In this document: one piece after another, positions 1 through 10,268 of the stretch
Position numbering within the stretch: position 1 is the first letter of the stretch
Layout of the letters: each line of letters begins with the position of its first letter
Source: an uncultured beta proteobacterium
GTDB taxonomy: Bacteria; Pseudomonadota; Gammaproteobacteria; Burkholderiales; SG8-41
DNA length: 64,000 bases
Assembly: GCA_963734595.1 (NCBI GenBank)
Contig: CAVTHV010000016.1
Location: 152,250-216,249, forward strand
Direction of reading: 5' to 3'
The notes under the pieces: generated by a model
Told to the model about the DNA's origin: nothing
The model's database searches: none
Seen by the model: only the letters and a program-made list of their open reading frames with translations
Made by a program: the position numbers and the translations under genes

Positions 1-664
1 CGAGCTCGCCGCGCGCCATGCGCTGCATGCCTTCCTGCAGGCGGCCGACGGGGCGCACCACCAGCAGGAACATCAGGTAGACGAGCGCCACGGTGCCCGC
101 CATGGCGAGCGCGATCAGCCCGAATTGCGTATAGCGCAGGAACGCGATGTCGCGCGCGTTGCTCTGTTCGATTTCGCGCACCACGTGGTCGATGCGCTGC
201 ACGAAGCGCTCGATGCGAAAGCGCGCCGCGGTGGCCTGCCCGCTTCGCACCGCGGCGCCGGGATCGGCCAGCACGGTTTCGATCAGCGGGCGGATTTCGC
301 GCTGCCAGTCCGCCAGCACGGCATCGACGTCGCCGGCGATGCCCGAGCCGCGCGGCAGGAACAGCGGCCGCGCCGGATCGCCGCTGCGGATCGCGAGCAG
401 CACGTCCTCGAACGTCTTCATCTCCCGCGTGAGGTCCCCGCGCACCGCCGCCGCGTGCGCCGGATCGCGCAGGCTCTCCGACAACAGGTAGCCGATGCGG
501 TAGGAGCGCATGCGCTCGCTGCCCATGTCGTTGATGGCCGCCGCGCCGCCCTCGAACTTCCAGGACTCGAGCAGCGTGAAGCCGATCGCCGTCAGCGCCA
601 CCACCAGAAACACGACGGCGATCCAGACGAGCTTGGTGCTGAGCCGCTGTTGCGGAAGATCCAT
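1..664 (-). CDS. narX: NarX/NarQ-type nitrate/nitrite sensor histidine kinase, N-terminal part (runs off window start)
   Basis: Manual translation from ATG at 664: MDLPQQRLSTKLVWIAVVFLVVALTAIGFTLLESWKFEGGAAAINDMGSERMRSYRIG, i.e. a TM helix plus P-box-like AINxxGSxRMxSYR, then a second TM and HAMP start. Absent from the ORF track because it has no stop in the window. Confidence 0.8.
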   Translation of the reverse strand, partial: MDLPQQRLSTKLVWIAVVFLVVALTAIGFTLLESWKFEGGAAAINDMGSERMRSYRIGYLLSESLRDPAHAAAVRGDLTREMKTFEDVLLAIRSGDPARPLFLPRGSGIAGDVDAVLADWQREIRPLIETVLADPGAAVRSGQATAARFRIERFVQRIDHVVREIEQSNARDIAFLRYTQFGLIALAMAGTVALVYLMFLLVVRPVGRLQEGMQRMARGEL

Positions 665-723
665 GATTTGCGGGTGAAAAAGACCGGATTCCACTATAGC
701 AGATCGGCCCGGGCGCAGCCGGA

Positions 724-1326
724 TCACCGCTCGTTGCGGGCGTGCGGCGCGGGCATTTTCAACCTGCGCGGCAGCAGGTTGAAAATACGCAGGAACAGCC
801 TGCGGAATTCCTCGCGGCGGTTGCCCTCGAACAGCGGATCGTCGTTGGCGTCGAATGCCGACGCGATCCGTGACCAGTCCTCTTCGGCGAGACGGTCGTG
901 CGCCTGCGTCAGCAATGCTTCTTCCTTGCGCATGTGCTCGCCCAGCGTTGCGCTGTAAGCGTCGACCGCGGTGCGAAACAGGCCGAGACCGCCGGGCGTG
1001 CCGCCCTGGTAGTGGACCAGCGCGCGCTGCAGCTGATCGAGCGTCTGCGCGCCGCGGATGTGCTCGGCCTGCAGCTCGTCGAGCACCGCGTTGAAGTCCG
1101 CGGTGCGCCGGCGCAGCGCCTCGAACAGGTATTCGTCCTCCTTCGGATGGTGGCAGCGTTCCGGGAAATCGGACAGGTAGCAAAGCGCGGCGCTGAACAG
1201 CGCGAAATCGGGCTCGGCGTGCTGCGCAGCGACGTCGGCCAGCATTCGCTGCAGCGCTTCCATCACCGCCCCCAGCGTGCGATGCTCGTCCCTGATCGTG
1301 GCCTCTGCCGCTTCTCTTGCGCTCAT
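724..1326 (-). CDS. Hemerythrin domain protein
   Basis: IRDEH, HHPKEDEYLF, LQAEH and EHMRKEE are hemerythrin-like His/Glu motifs. Confidence 0.85.
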   Translation of the reverse strand: MSAREAAEATIRDEHRTLGAVMEALQRMLADVAAQHAEPDFALFSAALCYLSDFPERCHHPKEDEYLFEALRRRTADFNAVLDELQAEHIRGAQTLDQLQRALVHYQGGTPGGLGLFRTAVDAYSATLGEHMRKEEALLTQAHDRLAEEDWSRIASAFDANDDPLFEGNRREEFRRLFLRIFNLLPRRLKMPAPHARNER

Positions 1327-1374
1327 GGGGCTCTCCCTGGATTGCCTGTCAAGGTAAGAAAATCGCCAAAACCA

Positions 1375-1448
1375 AATAGACAGGATTAACAGGATTTACA
1401 TGATTGACTTGATTACCCCGGGGGTTTAATCCTGTAAATCCTGTCCAT
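1375..1448. repeat. Inverted 9-mer tandem-repeat cassette, ACAGGATT family (copy 1)
   Basis: Left GACAGGATT-AACAGGATT-TACATGATT-GACTTGATT, short CCCCGGGGG spacer, right AATCCTGTA-AATCCTGTC. Confidence 0.9.
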
Positions 1449-1484
1449 TGCTTGTTTTCGAGGAAAGTTCTGCTCATTGCGGCG

Positions 1485-1637
1485 TCACTCGTGCGGCCGG
1501 TCGTCATCCATCAGCACGCGCTGCGCCGGCCCTTCGAGGTCGTCGAACTGGCCGCTGTGCACCGCCCACCAGAACACCCCGCCGATGACGAACACCAGCA
1601 CGAGGCTCAGCGGAATCAATAAATAAAGAATGTCCAT
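1485..1637 (-). CDS. ccoS: cbb3-type cytochrome oxidase assembly protein CcoS
   Basis: 50 aa MDILYLLIPLSL...WAVHSGQFDDLEGPAQRVLMDDD; directly downstream of ccoI. Confidence 0.93.
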   Translation of the reverse strand: MDILYLLIPLSLVLVFVIGGVFWWAVHSGQFDDLEGPAQRVLMDDDRPHE

Positions 1638-1684
1638 CGCTATGAATCTGTTGCTTCCGTTCAAAGCGCATACCAAAAAGCATC

Positions 1685-1809
1685 AGCCACAGAGGACACA
1701 GAGACACAGAGGACACAGAGGAAAAATAAACAACGAATTATGTCTCATAGCCTGTTGTTTCTAATAATAATTATTCTGTTTCTCTGTGATCTCTGTGTTC
1801 TCTGTGGCT
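1685..1809. repeat. Inverted 9-mer tandem-repeat cassette, CACAGAG family (copy 1)
   Basis: AGCCACAGAG-GACACAGAG-ACACAGAG-GACACAGAG, ~60 bp AT-rich spacer, CTCTGTGAT-CTCTGTGTT-CTCTGTGGCT; perfect 10-bp terminal inverted repeat. Confidence 0.92.
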
Positions 1810-1836
1810 ATAGGTCTTCGCTTTTGTTACGGACTT

Positions 1837-4377
1837 TCACTTTCCTGCAATGCGAGCGCAGGCAGCGGCGGGGTCCGCGACCGGTTGCGGATCGGAAGGC
1901 CGCAGCAGGCGCAGCGCGTTGAGCACCACGGCGAGCGAGGACAGCGACATGCCGACGCCCGCGACGAGCGGCGTGACGTGGCCGAGCACCGCCAGCGGCA
2001 GCGCGACGGCATTGTAGACGACCGCCCACGCGAGGTTCTGGCGGATCACGCGCAGCGTGCGGCGCGCGGTGCGCACCGCATCGAGCAGCGCGTCGAGCCG
2101 TTCCGACATCAACACCATGTCGGCGCTGATCTGCGCGAGCCGCGTGCCGCCCGCCAGCGCGACCGAGACCTGCGCCTGCGCCAGCACCGGCGCGTCGTTG
2201 ACGCCGTCGCCGATCATCGCCACCACCGCGCCCTGCTGCTGCAGCGCGCGCACGAATTCGAGCTTGCCCTGCGGCGTCGCGTCGCCGTACGCGCGCGCGA
2301 TGCCGAGTTCGCGCGCGAGATGCGCGACCTGCGCCGCGCGGTCGCCGGAGAGCAGGCACACGGTCGCGCCCAGCGCCTGAAGCTCGCGCACCAGCAGCCG
2401 CGCGTGGCGCCGCAGCGGGTCGCCGAGCGTGAACAGCGCGAGCCAGCCGTTCACGTCGCCGAGCGCCACCACGCCGACCTCGTCTTTCACGCGCGTGAGT
2501 TCCGCGGGCAGGGCCTTCCCATGCAGCGCCGCGACGAAGCGGGGCGTGCCGATGCGCAGCAGTTGCCCGTCGATGCGCGCTTCCACGCCCTCGCCCGGCA
2601 CATTGGAGAGATCGCGCACCGCGCCGCCGTCCTGCGTTTTGCGCGCCGCGGCGACGATGGCGCGGCCGATCGGATGCTCGGATGCGCTTTCGAGCCGCGC
2701 CGCCAGCGCGAGGCAGCGTTCGCGTTCCCCGCCCAGCGGGATCACGTCGATCAGCGCCATCCTGCCCTCGGTCAGCGTGCCGGTCTTGTCGAACACGAAA
2801 TGCGTGGCCGCCGCCAGCGTCTCCAGCGCGTGGCCGCGCGTCACGAGCACGCCGCGCCGGAACAGCGTGCCGGTGGCGGCGGTCAGCGCCGCCGGCGTCG
2901 CGAGCGACAGCGCGCACGGACAGGTCACCACCAGCACCGCGACGGTGATCCACAGCGCGCGCGACGGGTCGATCGCGTACCACGCGAGCGCCACGACGGC
3001 GGCAAGTACCAGCAGCGCACTGACGAACCAGCGCGCGACGCGGTCGGCGAGCTGCGCGATTTTCGGCTTTTCGGTCTGCGCGCGGTCCATCAGGCGCACG
3101 ATGCCGGCGAGCACCGTGTCCTGCCCGACGCGCTCGACGCGCATCGTGAGCGGACCGTTCAGGTTCACCGCGCCGCCGGTGAGCGCATCGCCCGCGCGCT
3201 TCGCCACCGCGCGCGATTCGCCGGTGAGCAGCGATTCGTCGACGCTGCTCTCGCCTTCGACGACCGTGCCGTCGGCGGGAATGGCGGCGCCGGGGCGCAC
3301 CGCGACGTAATCGCCGGGCCGCAGGCTCGCGACCGGCACTTCCTCGCGCTGCGCGGGTCCGGGGTAGTGGTTCAGGCGCTCGGCGACCGCGGGCGTGAGC
3401 CGCGCGAGACGCTCCTGCGCCTCGGCGGCCCTCGCGCGCGCGCCCATCTCGAGATAGCGCGCGCCGAGCAGCAGAAACACGAACATCGAGATCGAATCGA
3501 AGTAGACCGGGCCGTCGCCGCGCAGCGTCGCGAGCACGCTCGCCGCGAACGCCGCGATGATCCCGAGCGCGACCGGCACGTCCATGCCGACGCGGCGCGC
3601 CTTCAGCTCGCGCCACGCGCCGGCGTAAAACGGCGCGGCCGCCCACGCCACGACCGGCGCGGTCAGCACCAGGCTCGCGATGCGCATCAGCTGCTCGAGG
3701 TCGAGCGCCATGTCGCCGTCCGCGATGTAGACCGGCACCGCGTACATCATCACCTGCATCATGCCGAAGCCGGCGACGAACAGGCGCCACAGCATCGCGC
3801 GGCGCTCGCGCTTCAACGCATCGTCGGAGCGCGCGCTGTCGTACGGCTGCGCGCCGTAGCCCAGGTCCGCGACCGCGCGCAGGATTTCGCTCAGGGGGAT
3901 GCGGCGCTCGTCCCAGCGCACGCGCGCGCGCCGCGTCGCGTAATTCACCGCGACCTCGTGCACGCCCGCGAGCCGCGCCAGCCGCTGCTCGATCAGCCAG
4001 ACGCAGGCGGCGCAGGTGATGCCGTCGAGCAGCAGCGAGGCTTCCTTGCCGTGCTCTCCCGCATCGGTCTCGCGCACGAAACCGCGCTGGATCTCGGGCA
4101 GGTCGTAGAGGCGCAGCTGCGCGAGGATGTCGTCGCCGGTTGAAGGCTGCGACTGCGGCAACACGGTGCGATGGCGGTAATAGGAGGCGAGGCCGTTGTC
4201 GACGATGGTCTGCGCGACGGCCTGGCAGCCGCGGCAGCAGGTGTCGTGCGCAGCGCCGTCGATCACCACCGCATAGGACACGGCCGGCAGCGGCAGGCCG
4301 CAGTGGAAGCAGTCGCGCTCCGCGTTCGCGGGCGCGCTGGCGGCGGAAACTGCGGTGTCGGCTGCCGGGGGGGTCAT
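1837..4377 (-). CDS. ccoI: Copper-translocating P1B-type ATPase CcoI/FixI
   Basis: CFHCG...CCRGC N-terminal domain, CAAC HMA, TGES, CPC, DKTGT, SEHP, GDGVNDAP; adjacent to ccoS. Confidence 0.93.
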   Translation of the reverse strand: MTPPAADTAVSAASAPANAERDCFHCGLPLPAVSYAVVIDGAAHDTCCRGCQAVAQTIVDNGLASYYRHRTVLPQSQPSTGDDILAQLRLYDLPEIQRGFVRETDAGEHGKEASLLLDGITCAACVWLIEQRLARLAGVHEVAVNYATRRARVRWDERRIPLSEILRAVADLGYGAQPYDSARSDDALKRERRAMLWRLFVAGFGMMQVMMYAVPVYIADGDMALDLEQLMRIASLVLTAPVVAWAAAPFYAGAWRELKARRVGMDVPVALGIIAAFAASVLATLRGDGPVYFDSISMFVFLLLGARYLEMGARARAAEAQERLARLTPAVAERLNHYPGPAQREEVPVASLRPGDYVAVRPGAAIPADGTVVEGESSVDESLLTGESRAVAKRAGDALTGGAVNLNGPLTMRVERVGQDTVLAGIVRLMDRAQTEKPKIAQLADRVARWFVSALLVLAAVVALAWYAIDPSRALWITVAVLVVTCPCALSLATPAALTAATGTLFRRGVLVTRGHALETLAAATHFVFDKTGTLTEGRMALIDVIPLGGERERCLALAARLESASEHPIGRAIVAAARKTQDGGAVRDLSNVPGEGVEARIDGQLLRIGTPRFVAALHGKALPAELTRVKDEVGVVALGDVNGWLALFTLGDPLRRHARLLVRELQALGATVCLLSGDRAAQVAHLARELGIARAYGDATPQGKLEFVRALQQQGAVVAMIGDGVNDAPVLAQAQVSVALAGGTRLAQISADMVLMSERLDALLDAVRTARRTLRVIRQNLAWAVVYNAVALPLAVLGHVTPLVAGVGMSLSSLAVVLNALRLLRPSDPQPVADPAAACARIAGK

Positions 4378-4401
4378 GTGGTCACGGTTTTCATCGATTT
4401 T

Positions 4402-4443
4402 ATGCTAAAGCCGCGGCCGTCGATGGCCCTTGATCTATATCAA
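4402..4443 (-). promoter_or_regulatory. Class II FNR/Anr-type promoter of ccoI-ccoS
   Basis: Perfect TTGAT-CTAT-ATCAA at 4430-4443; TAGCAT -10-like hexamer on the minus strand at 4407-4402 puts the box centre at -41.5. Confidence 0.88.
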
Positions 4444-4476
4444 AAAGACTGGTGTCGTTGTCACTGAAAAAGCAAG

Positions 4477-4894
4477 AAAGATTGAACCGCCAAGGCGCCA
4501 AGACGCCAAGAAGATCAAAAGCGGAGACACGAAGGACACAAAGGAAAACAAAAATAACTAGCCGCAAGCACGCCAAGAATTACAAAGACAAACGGGGAAC
4601 GGTGGATCTCGTAGCGGTCAATCACTGGTCACTGGTCACGATTTCCGATTCCCCACTCCCGACTTCCAATTCCCCATTTCCCATTTCCCATTCACGGCTT
4701 TTCCCGCTATCACCGGACGTTTTCGTAGCCGATCAGAACGTAGCGCGTCGGCATGGCTTGGTTTCCCTGAAAAGCAAAAGCTCCCGGTAATTAATCATTT
4801 TTTGTTTTCCTTCGTGTCCTTGGTGTCCTTCGTGTCCTTCTGTCTCGCTTTCGTTTTTCCTCCGTGTCCTCTGTGTCCTCTGTGTCTCCGCTTT
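4477..4894. repeat. Compound nested repeat cassette (CGCCAAG arm, GACACNAAG/GACACAGAG inverted arms, internal heptamer arrays)
   Basis: AACCGCCAAGG-CGCCAAGA-CGCCAAG at 4485-4510; 13-bp IR AAAGCGGAGACAC (4518-4530)/GTGTCTCCGCTTT (4882-4894); CCTTCGTGT-type units 4809-4840; GGTCACT units 4616-4640; TTCCCA-type heptamers 4649-4697. Confidence 0.88.
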
Positions 4895-4924
4895 ACCAAC
4901 AATCCACCGTACAATAGCCCACAT

Positions 4925-5624
4925 ATGATCTCCTGGCTCGAACCCCACGACCCCTTCCCGCCCGTGAGCCGCGCGCTCGCCGAGCCCAACGGCCTGCTCG
5001 CCGCCGGCGGCGAGCTCTCGCCTGAGCGCCTCGTCGACGCCTACCGCCACGGCATCTTTCCCTGGTATTCCGACGACCAGCCGCTGCTGTGGTGGTCGCC
5101 CGACCCGCGCATGGTGCTGTTCCCCGCCGAACTGCGCGTGACCCGTTCCCTCAAAAAACGCCTGCGCCGCCGCGATTACGAAATCCGCGCCGACACCGCG
5201 TTCGAGCAGGTCATGCGCGCCTGCGCCGAACCGCGCGACGGGCCAGGACGGCACCTGGATCACCGAAGACATGATCGCCGCCTACTGCGCGCTGCACGAG
5301 CAGGGCCTCGCGCATTCCGTCGAGACCTGGATCGGCGGCGAGCTCGCCGGCGGGCTCTACGGCGTCGCGCTCGGCCGCATGTTCTACGGCGAATCGATGT
5401 TCACGCGCGCGACCGACGCCTCGAAGCTCGCGCTCGTGCATCTCGTGACCCAGCTCGAGCGCTGGAATTTCGGCATGATCGACTGCCAGATGAAAACCTC
5501 GCACCTCGCCGCGTTCGGCGCCCGCGAAATCCCGCGCGCCGAATTTATCCGCCGGCTGCAGGAATTGGTAAACTATGCGCAACCAGCAGGCAAATGGCGC
5601 TTCGACGATGACTTATTTGAATGA
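4925..5624 (+). CDS. aat: Leucyl/phenylalanyl-tRNA--protein transferase (frameshift near 5245, probable sequencing error)
   Basis: [27 protein letters not shown] and WWSPDPR in one frame; AHSVETW...[18 protein letters not shown]...DASK in another. Confidence 0.93.
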
Positions 5625-6333
5625 GTTTCCGCTGTCGGTGCTGCAGTTCTACGCGACTGCGCCCTATCCGTGCAGCTATCTGCCGGACCGCATGGCGCGC
5701 TCGCAGGTCGCCACCCCCGGCCACCTGATCGACGGCGCGGTCTACAGCGAGCTCGTGCGCGCGGGGTTCCGCCGCAGCGGCGCCTTCACCTACCGCCCCT
5801 ACTGCGACCACTGCCGCGCCTGCGTGCCGGTGCGCGTCGTGGTCGGGGACTACGAAGCGAGTCGCGCCCAGCGCCGGGCCTGGAAAAAGCATGCGGCGCT
5901 GACGGCCGAGGTGCTCGAGCTCAAGTACCACTCCGAGCATTACGCGCTCTACCTGCGCTACCAGGCGCACCGCCACAGCGGCGGCGGCATGGACCAGGAC
6001 AGCCGCGAGCAGTACCGCCACTTCCTGCTGCAGAGCAACGTCGAATCGCGGCTGATCGAATTCCGCGAGGACGGCGCGCTGCGCATGGTCAGCATCGTCG
6101 ACCAGCTGCAGGACGGGATGTCGTCGGTCTATACCTTCTTCGACCCGGAAGTGCGCGGCGCGAGTTTCGGCACCTACAACATCATGTGGCAGATCGACCT
6201 GTGCCGCCGGCTCGAGCTGCCCTATCTCTATCTCGGCTACTGGATCGCGCAAAGCCGGAAAATGTCCTACAAGATCCAGTTCCAGCCGATGCAGGGCCTG
6301 ATCGACGAGCGCTGGCAGGCGGTCGCGCCCTGA
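5608..6333 (+). CDS. bpt: Arginyl-tRNA-protein transferase family / Asp-Glu leucyltransferase Bpt
   Basis: [40 protein letters not shown]; follows aat. Confidence 0.9.
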   Translation: MTYLNEFPLSVLQFYATAPYPCSYLPDRMARSQVATPGHLIDGAVYSELVRAGFRRSGAFTYRPYCDHCRACVPVRVVVGDYEASRAQRRAWKKHAALTAEVLELKYHSEHYALYLRYQAHRHSGGGMDQDSREQYRHFLLQSNVESRLIEFREDGALRMVSIVDQLQDGMSSVYTFFDPEVRGASFGTYNIMWQIDLCRRLELPYLYLGYWIAQSRKMSYKIQFQPMQGLIDERWQAVAP

Positions 6334-6347
6334 TCCGACGGCAGGTC

Positions 6348-6430
6348 ATGGACAGGCTTTACAAGATTAACAAGATTGAAATTCAGGAATCGTCGGGTAA
6401 ATCCTGTACATCCTGTTAATCCTGTCTATT
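6348..6430. repeat. Inverted 9-mer tandem-repeat cassette, ACAGGATT family (copy 2, opposite orientation to copy 1)
   Basis: GACAGGCTT-TACAAGATT-AACAAGATT ... AATCCTGTA-CATCCTGTT-AATCCTGTCTATT; the reverse complement of the right end matches 1375-1395 over 21 nt. Confidence 0.9.
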
Positions 6431-6464
6431 CGGGTTTGAGGCCGGCAGCGAGTAAAATAACAAC

Positions 6465-7495
6465 ATGTCATATTCGCTGCTGCGACCGCTGCTGTTCGCG
6501 CTGGACGCCGAAACCGCGCACCACCTGACGCTGAACTCGCTGAAGACTCCTGCAGCGGACCGGGCTCGCGGGCCTGCTCGCGCCGCGGCCCGCGGCCTGT
6601 CCGCGCAAGGTCATGGGCATCGACTTTCCCAACCCGGTCGGGCTCGCCGCCGGTCTCGACAAGAACGGCGACTACATCGACGCGCTCGCGGCGCTGGGCT
6701 TCGGCTTCATCGAGGTCGGCACCGTCACCCCGCGCCCGCAGCCCGGCAATCCGCGCCCGCGCCTGTTCCGCGTGCGCGAGGCGCAGGCGGTGATCAACCG
6801 CATGGGCTTCAACAACGACGGCGTCGACCGGCTCGTCGCCAACGTGCGGCGCGCGCGCTACCGCGGCGTGCTCGGCATCAACATCGGCAAGAATTTCGAC
6901 ACGCCGATCGGGCGCGCCGTCGACGATTACCTCGCCTGCCTGCGCAAGGTCTATGCGCTGGCGAGCTACGTGACGGTCAACATCTCGTCGCCCAACACCA
7001 AAAATCTGCGCCAGCTGCAGGACGCCGCCGAACTGGAAAACCTGCTCGGCGCGCTCAAAGCGGAACAGCGCAAGCTCGCCAACGAGCACGGCAAATACGT
7101 GCCGCTCGCGCTGAAGATCGCACCCGATCTCGAAGCCGCGCAGGTCGATGCGATCGCCGGACTGCTGCAGAAACACGCGATCGACGCCGTGATCGCGACC
7201 AACACCACGATCGCGCGCGACGGCGTGGCGGGCCTGCCGCACGGCGCCGAGACCGGCGGCCTGAGCGGCGCGCCGCTGACGCAGCGCTCGACCGCGATCG
7301 TCGCGCAGCTCGCCGGCGCGCTTCGACGGCAGCGTGCCCGTGATCGGCGTCGGCGGCATCATGAACGGCGCCGACGCCGCGCAAAAAATCCATGCCGGCG
7401 CGAGCCTCGTGCAGCTCTACACCGGGCTCGTCTACCGCGGCCCGCGGCTCGTGGCCGAATGTGTGGATGCCCTGAACGTGAAACGTGAATCGTGA
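6465..7495 (+). CDS. pyrD: Quinone-dependent dihydroorotate dehydrogenase (two frameshifts, probable sequencing errors)
   Basis: [54 protein letters not shown]; C-terminus [16 protein letters not shown] ends at TGA 7493-7495. Confidence 0.93.
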
Positions 7496-7579
7496 AATGT
7501 GAAACGTGAATCGTTGAGTCGCAGAAACCGGCCCCGCTATGCGGGTCTTACGTTTCACGTTTCACATTTCACGTTTTAC
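7475..7579. repeat. Inverted heptamer cassette, AACGTGA family
   Basis: AACGTGA-AACGTGA-ATCGTGA-AATGTGA-AACGTGA ... TTACGTT-TCACGTT-TCACATT-TCACGTT. Confidence 0.92.
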
Positions 7580-7601
7580 CGCTTTCCGGACGGAGTCCAC
7601 G

Positions 7602-8714
7602 ATGCTGATCGGCGTGCCTAAAGAGATCAAGAACCACGAATACCGCGTCGGCGTCACGCCCGACGGCGTGCGCGCGCTGGTTGCCGCCGGACACCAGGTC
7701 CGTGTCGAGGCCGGCGCCGGCACCAAAATTGGCTTTGCGGATGAACTCTACCGCAACGCCGGCGCACAGATCGCCGCCGGCGCGCGCGAAGCCTACGCCG
7801 CCGACATGGTGATCAAGGTCAAGGAACTGCAGTCCGCCGAATTCGCGCTGACCCATCCCGCACAGATTCTGTTCTGCTATCACCATTTCGCGCCGGACCC
7901 GGTGCTGCTCGCCGCCATGCTCGAGCGCAAGGTCGCGTGCGTCGCCTACGAAACCGTGACCGACGCGGGCGGCGGGTTGCCGCTGCTCACGCCGATGTCG
8001 CAGGTCGCGGGGCGGCTCGCGCCGCAGGTCGGCGCGTGGGCGCTGCAGATGGCCAACGGCGGCAGCGGCGTGCTGCTCGGCGGCGTGCCGGGCGTCGCGC
8101 CCGCGAAGGTCGTGATCATCGGCGGCGGCACCGTCGGCGAGAACGCCGCGCGCGTCGCGATCGGCATGGGCGCGGACGTGACGCTGCTCGACTGCAGCGC
8201 GCGCCAGCTCGCCCGTCTCGACGAGGTGTTCGACACCCGCCTGAAGACCGCGATCTCGAATGCGCAATCGATCCCGCCGCTGGTGCACGACGCGGATCTC
8301 GTGATCGGCGCCGTGCTGCTGCCGGGCCTGCGCGCGCCGCGGCTGATCCGCCGCGCGGATCTGAAACAGATGCGGCCGGGCTCGGTCATCGTCGACGTCG
8401 CGATCGACCAGGGCGGGATCTGCGAGACTTCGCATCCGACCACCCATTCGGACCCGATCTACATCGAGGACGGCGTCGTGCACTATTGCGTGGCCAACAT
8501 GCCGTCGGCGGTCGCGCGCACTTCGACGCTCGCGCTCACGCAGGCCACGCTGCCCTATGCGCTGGAGCTCGCCGCGAAGGGGCTGCGCCGCGCGGTGACC
8601 GACAATGCCGGACTGCGCAACGGACTGCAGGTCTGCGCCGGCCGCGTCACGCACGCCGGTCTGGCGCAGGACGCGGGCCGCGATTACCTCGATCCGCTCC
8701 AGGCCGCCGCGTGA
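7602..8714 (+). CDS. ald: Alanine dehydrogenase
   Basis: [54 protein letters not shown]. Confidence 0.95.
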   Translation: MLIGVPKEIKNHEYRVGVTPDGVRALVAAGHQVRVEAGAGTKIGFADELYRNAGAQIAAGAREAYAADMVIKVKELQSAEFALTHPAQILFCYHHFAPDPVLLAAMLERKVACVAYETVTDAGGGLPLLTPMSQVAGRLAPQVGAWALQMANGGSGVLLGGVPGVAPAKVVIIGGGTVGENAARVAIGMGADVTLLDCSARQLARLDEVFDTRLKTAISNAQSIPPLVHDADLVIGAVLLPGLRAPRLIRRADLKQMRPGSVIVDVAIDQGGICETSHPTTHSDPIYIEDGVVHYCVANMPSAVARTSTLALTQATLPYALELAAKGLRRAVTDNAGLRNGLQVCAGRVTHAGLAQDAGRDYLDPLQAAA

Positions 8715-9133
8715 CGACACCCGGTCCTGCATCGCCGCCGTTCGATGCCGTCGCCGTCATCGACGAACAGGTCTGCATCGGCTGCACGCTGTGCATCCAG
8801 GCCTGTCCGGTCGACGCCATCGCCGGCGCCGCCGGCGTCATGCACACCGTGATCGCGCAGGAATGCACCGGCTGCCGGCTGTGTATCGCGCCGTGCCCCG
8901 TGGACTGCATCAGCATGCGGGCCACCGGCGAGCTCACGCCCGAAGAGAAACGCGCCGCCGAAGCATTGGCGCTGCGGCGCACCGCGGCACGGCAGCGCCG
9001 CCTGCAGCGCGAAGACGAGGAACGCGCGCTGCGGCGGGCCGCGGCGCGGGAATCCGCCGCCGAAAAGACCAAGCGCGAAACGATTCAAAAAGCGATGGCG
9101 CGCGCGAAGGCAAGATTGCAGCAACGCCGGTGA
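8711..9133 (+). CDS. Short RnfB/RsxB-like 2[4Fe-4S] ferredoxin
   Basis: GTG start overlapping the ald stop; [16 protein letters not shown] and [16 protein letters not shown], then a charged helical tail. Confidence 0.8.
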   Translation: MTTPGPASPPFDAVAVIDEQVCIGCTLCIQACPVDAIAGAAGVMHTVIAQECTGCRLCIAPCPVDCISMRATGELTPEEKRAAEALALRRTAARQRRLQREDEERALRRAAARESAAEKTKRETIQKAMARAKARLQQRR

Positions 9134-9136
9134 GAC

Positions 9137-9157
9137 GGGATTCGGGATTCAGGATTC
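9137..9157. repeat. Heptamer tandem arm, RGGATTC x3 (unpaired)
   Basis: GGGATTC-GGGATTC-AGGATTC starting 3 nt after the rnfB-like stop. Confidence 0.75.
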
Positions 9158-9208
9158 GGCAGGTGGGAATGCGATGCCGGTTCCGTGGATTAGTGCAGTC
9201 TTGATCAA

Positions 9209-9280
9209 GTCGTCCTCGCGAAGGCGGGGATCCAGCAACAACTTCTGAAAATCCTGGATTCCCGCCTTCGCGGGAATGAC
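9209..9280. repeat. REP/dRS3-like paired palindromes (copy 1)
   Basis: GTCGTCCTCGCGAAGGCGGGGATCCAG ... CTGGATTCCCGCCTTCGCGGGAATGAC; the right arm holds ATTCCC-N8-GGGAAT; between convergent genes. Confidence 0.88.
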
Positions 9281-9299
9281 AGATCCATACTTAACCAGG

Positions 9300-10268
9300 C
9301 TAGCGCCCGAAAATGCCGCGCAGGAGTTGCGTGGGATCGACGGAGGGCGTTTTTTGCGCAGGCGGCGCCGCGGGCGCGGGCTCTTCCTGCAAACCCTTGG
9401 CACCGGCTGTGGGCAGCGGCTGTGCGGCGCGCGCCGGGCCGGCTGTCGCGGCGACAGTCCTGATCTTCGGTTCGATACCGGCCGGCAGCGTGGCCACGTG
9501 CGGCGCGAGCTCGTCGCCCAGCTGCGACAGGCGGTCGCCGGGAAGCGGATGGGTCTTGAACAAGAGCGCGAGCGAGGCATCGTCGGCGCCATGCATCGCG
9601 AGCTTCTGCAGCACGTCGACGAGACCGTACGGGTTGTAGCCGGCGCGCGCCGCGAGCACGACGCCGATCGCGTCGGCCTCGAATTCGGCGCTCTTGTCGA
9701 GGCGGCGCGCAAACACCTCGGCGCCGGTGCCGATCATGTTGTTGAGGATCTGCGCGCGGTCGTCGCGCTGCGCGAGCTTGGTGCCGGCGGAGATGGCCGC
9801 GCTTTTCTGCATCACGGTCACGTGGTGGCGCCGCACGATGTGGCCGATCTCGTGCCCGAGCACGCCGGCCAGCTGCGCCTCGTTGTCGAGAATGTCGTAG
9901 AGCCCGCGCGTGATCAGCACGTAGCCGCCGGGCGCGGCGAACGCATTGATCGTCGGGGTGTCGAGCACGCCGAAATGCCACGGCAGATCGGGACGCTCGG
10001 TCTGCGACGCCACCCAGCGCCCGACGCGGTTCACGTAGGCCTGCAGTTCGGGATCGGCGACCAGCGGCGCGGCGCCGAGCATGCGGCCGGCGATCTCGCG
10101 CCCCATCGCGATCTCGTCTTTTTCGTCGACGCCGGTGGCGGCGGTCGCCAGATCCTTGCCGGCGCTGAACAGCCGGTTCAGATCGAGGTCGAGCGCAGAC
10201 GCGCTGCCGGCCGCCGCGCTGCAGCAGATAAATACCAATATAAACAACGGATTATGGTATTTCTTCAT
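9300..10268 (-). CDS. Exported M48 family metallopeptidase
   Basis: Signal peptide; INAFAAPGG, LAGVLGHEIGH (HExxH), EFEAD, THP. Confidence 0.9.
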   Translation of the reverse strand: MKKYHNPLFILVFICCSAAAGSASALDLDLNRLFSAGKDLATAATGVDEKDEIAMGREIAGRMLGAAPLVADPELQAYVNRVGRWVASQTERPDLPWHFGVLDTPTINAFAAPGGYVLITRGLYDILDNEAQLAGVLGHEIGHIVRRHHVTVMQKSAAISAGTKLAQRDDRAQILNNMIGTGAEVFARRLDKSAEFEADAIGVVLAARAGYNPYGLVDVLQKLAMHGADDASLALLFKTHPLPGDRLSQLGDELAPHVATLPAGIEPKIRTVAATAGPARAAQPLPTAGAKGLQEEPAPAAPPAQKTPSVDPTQLLRGIFGR

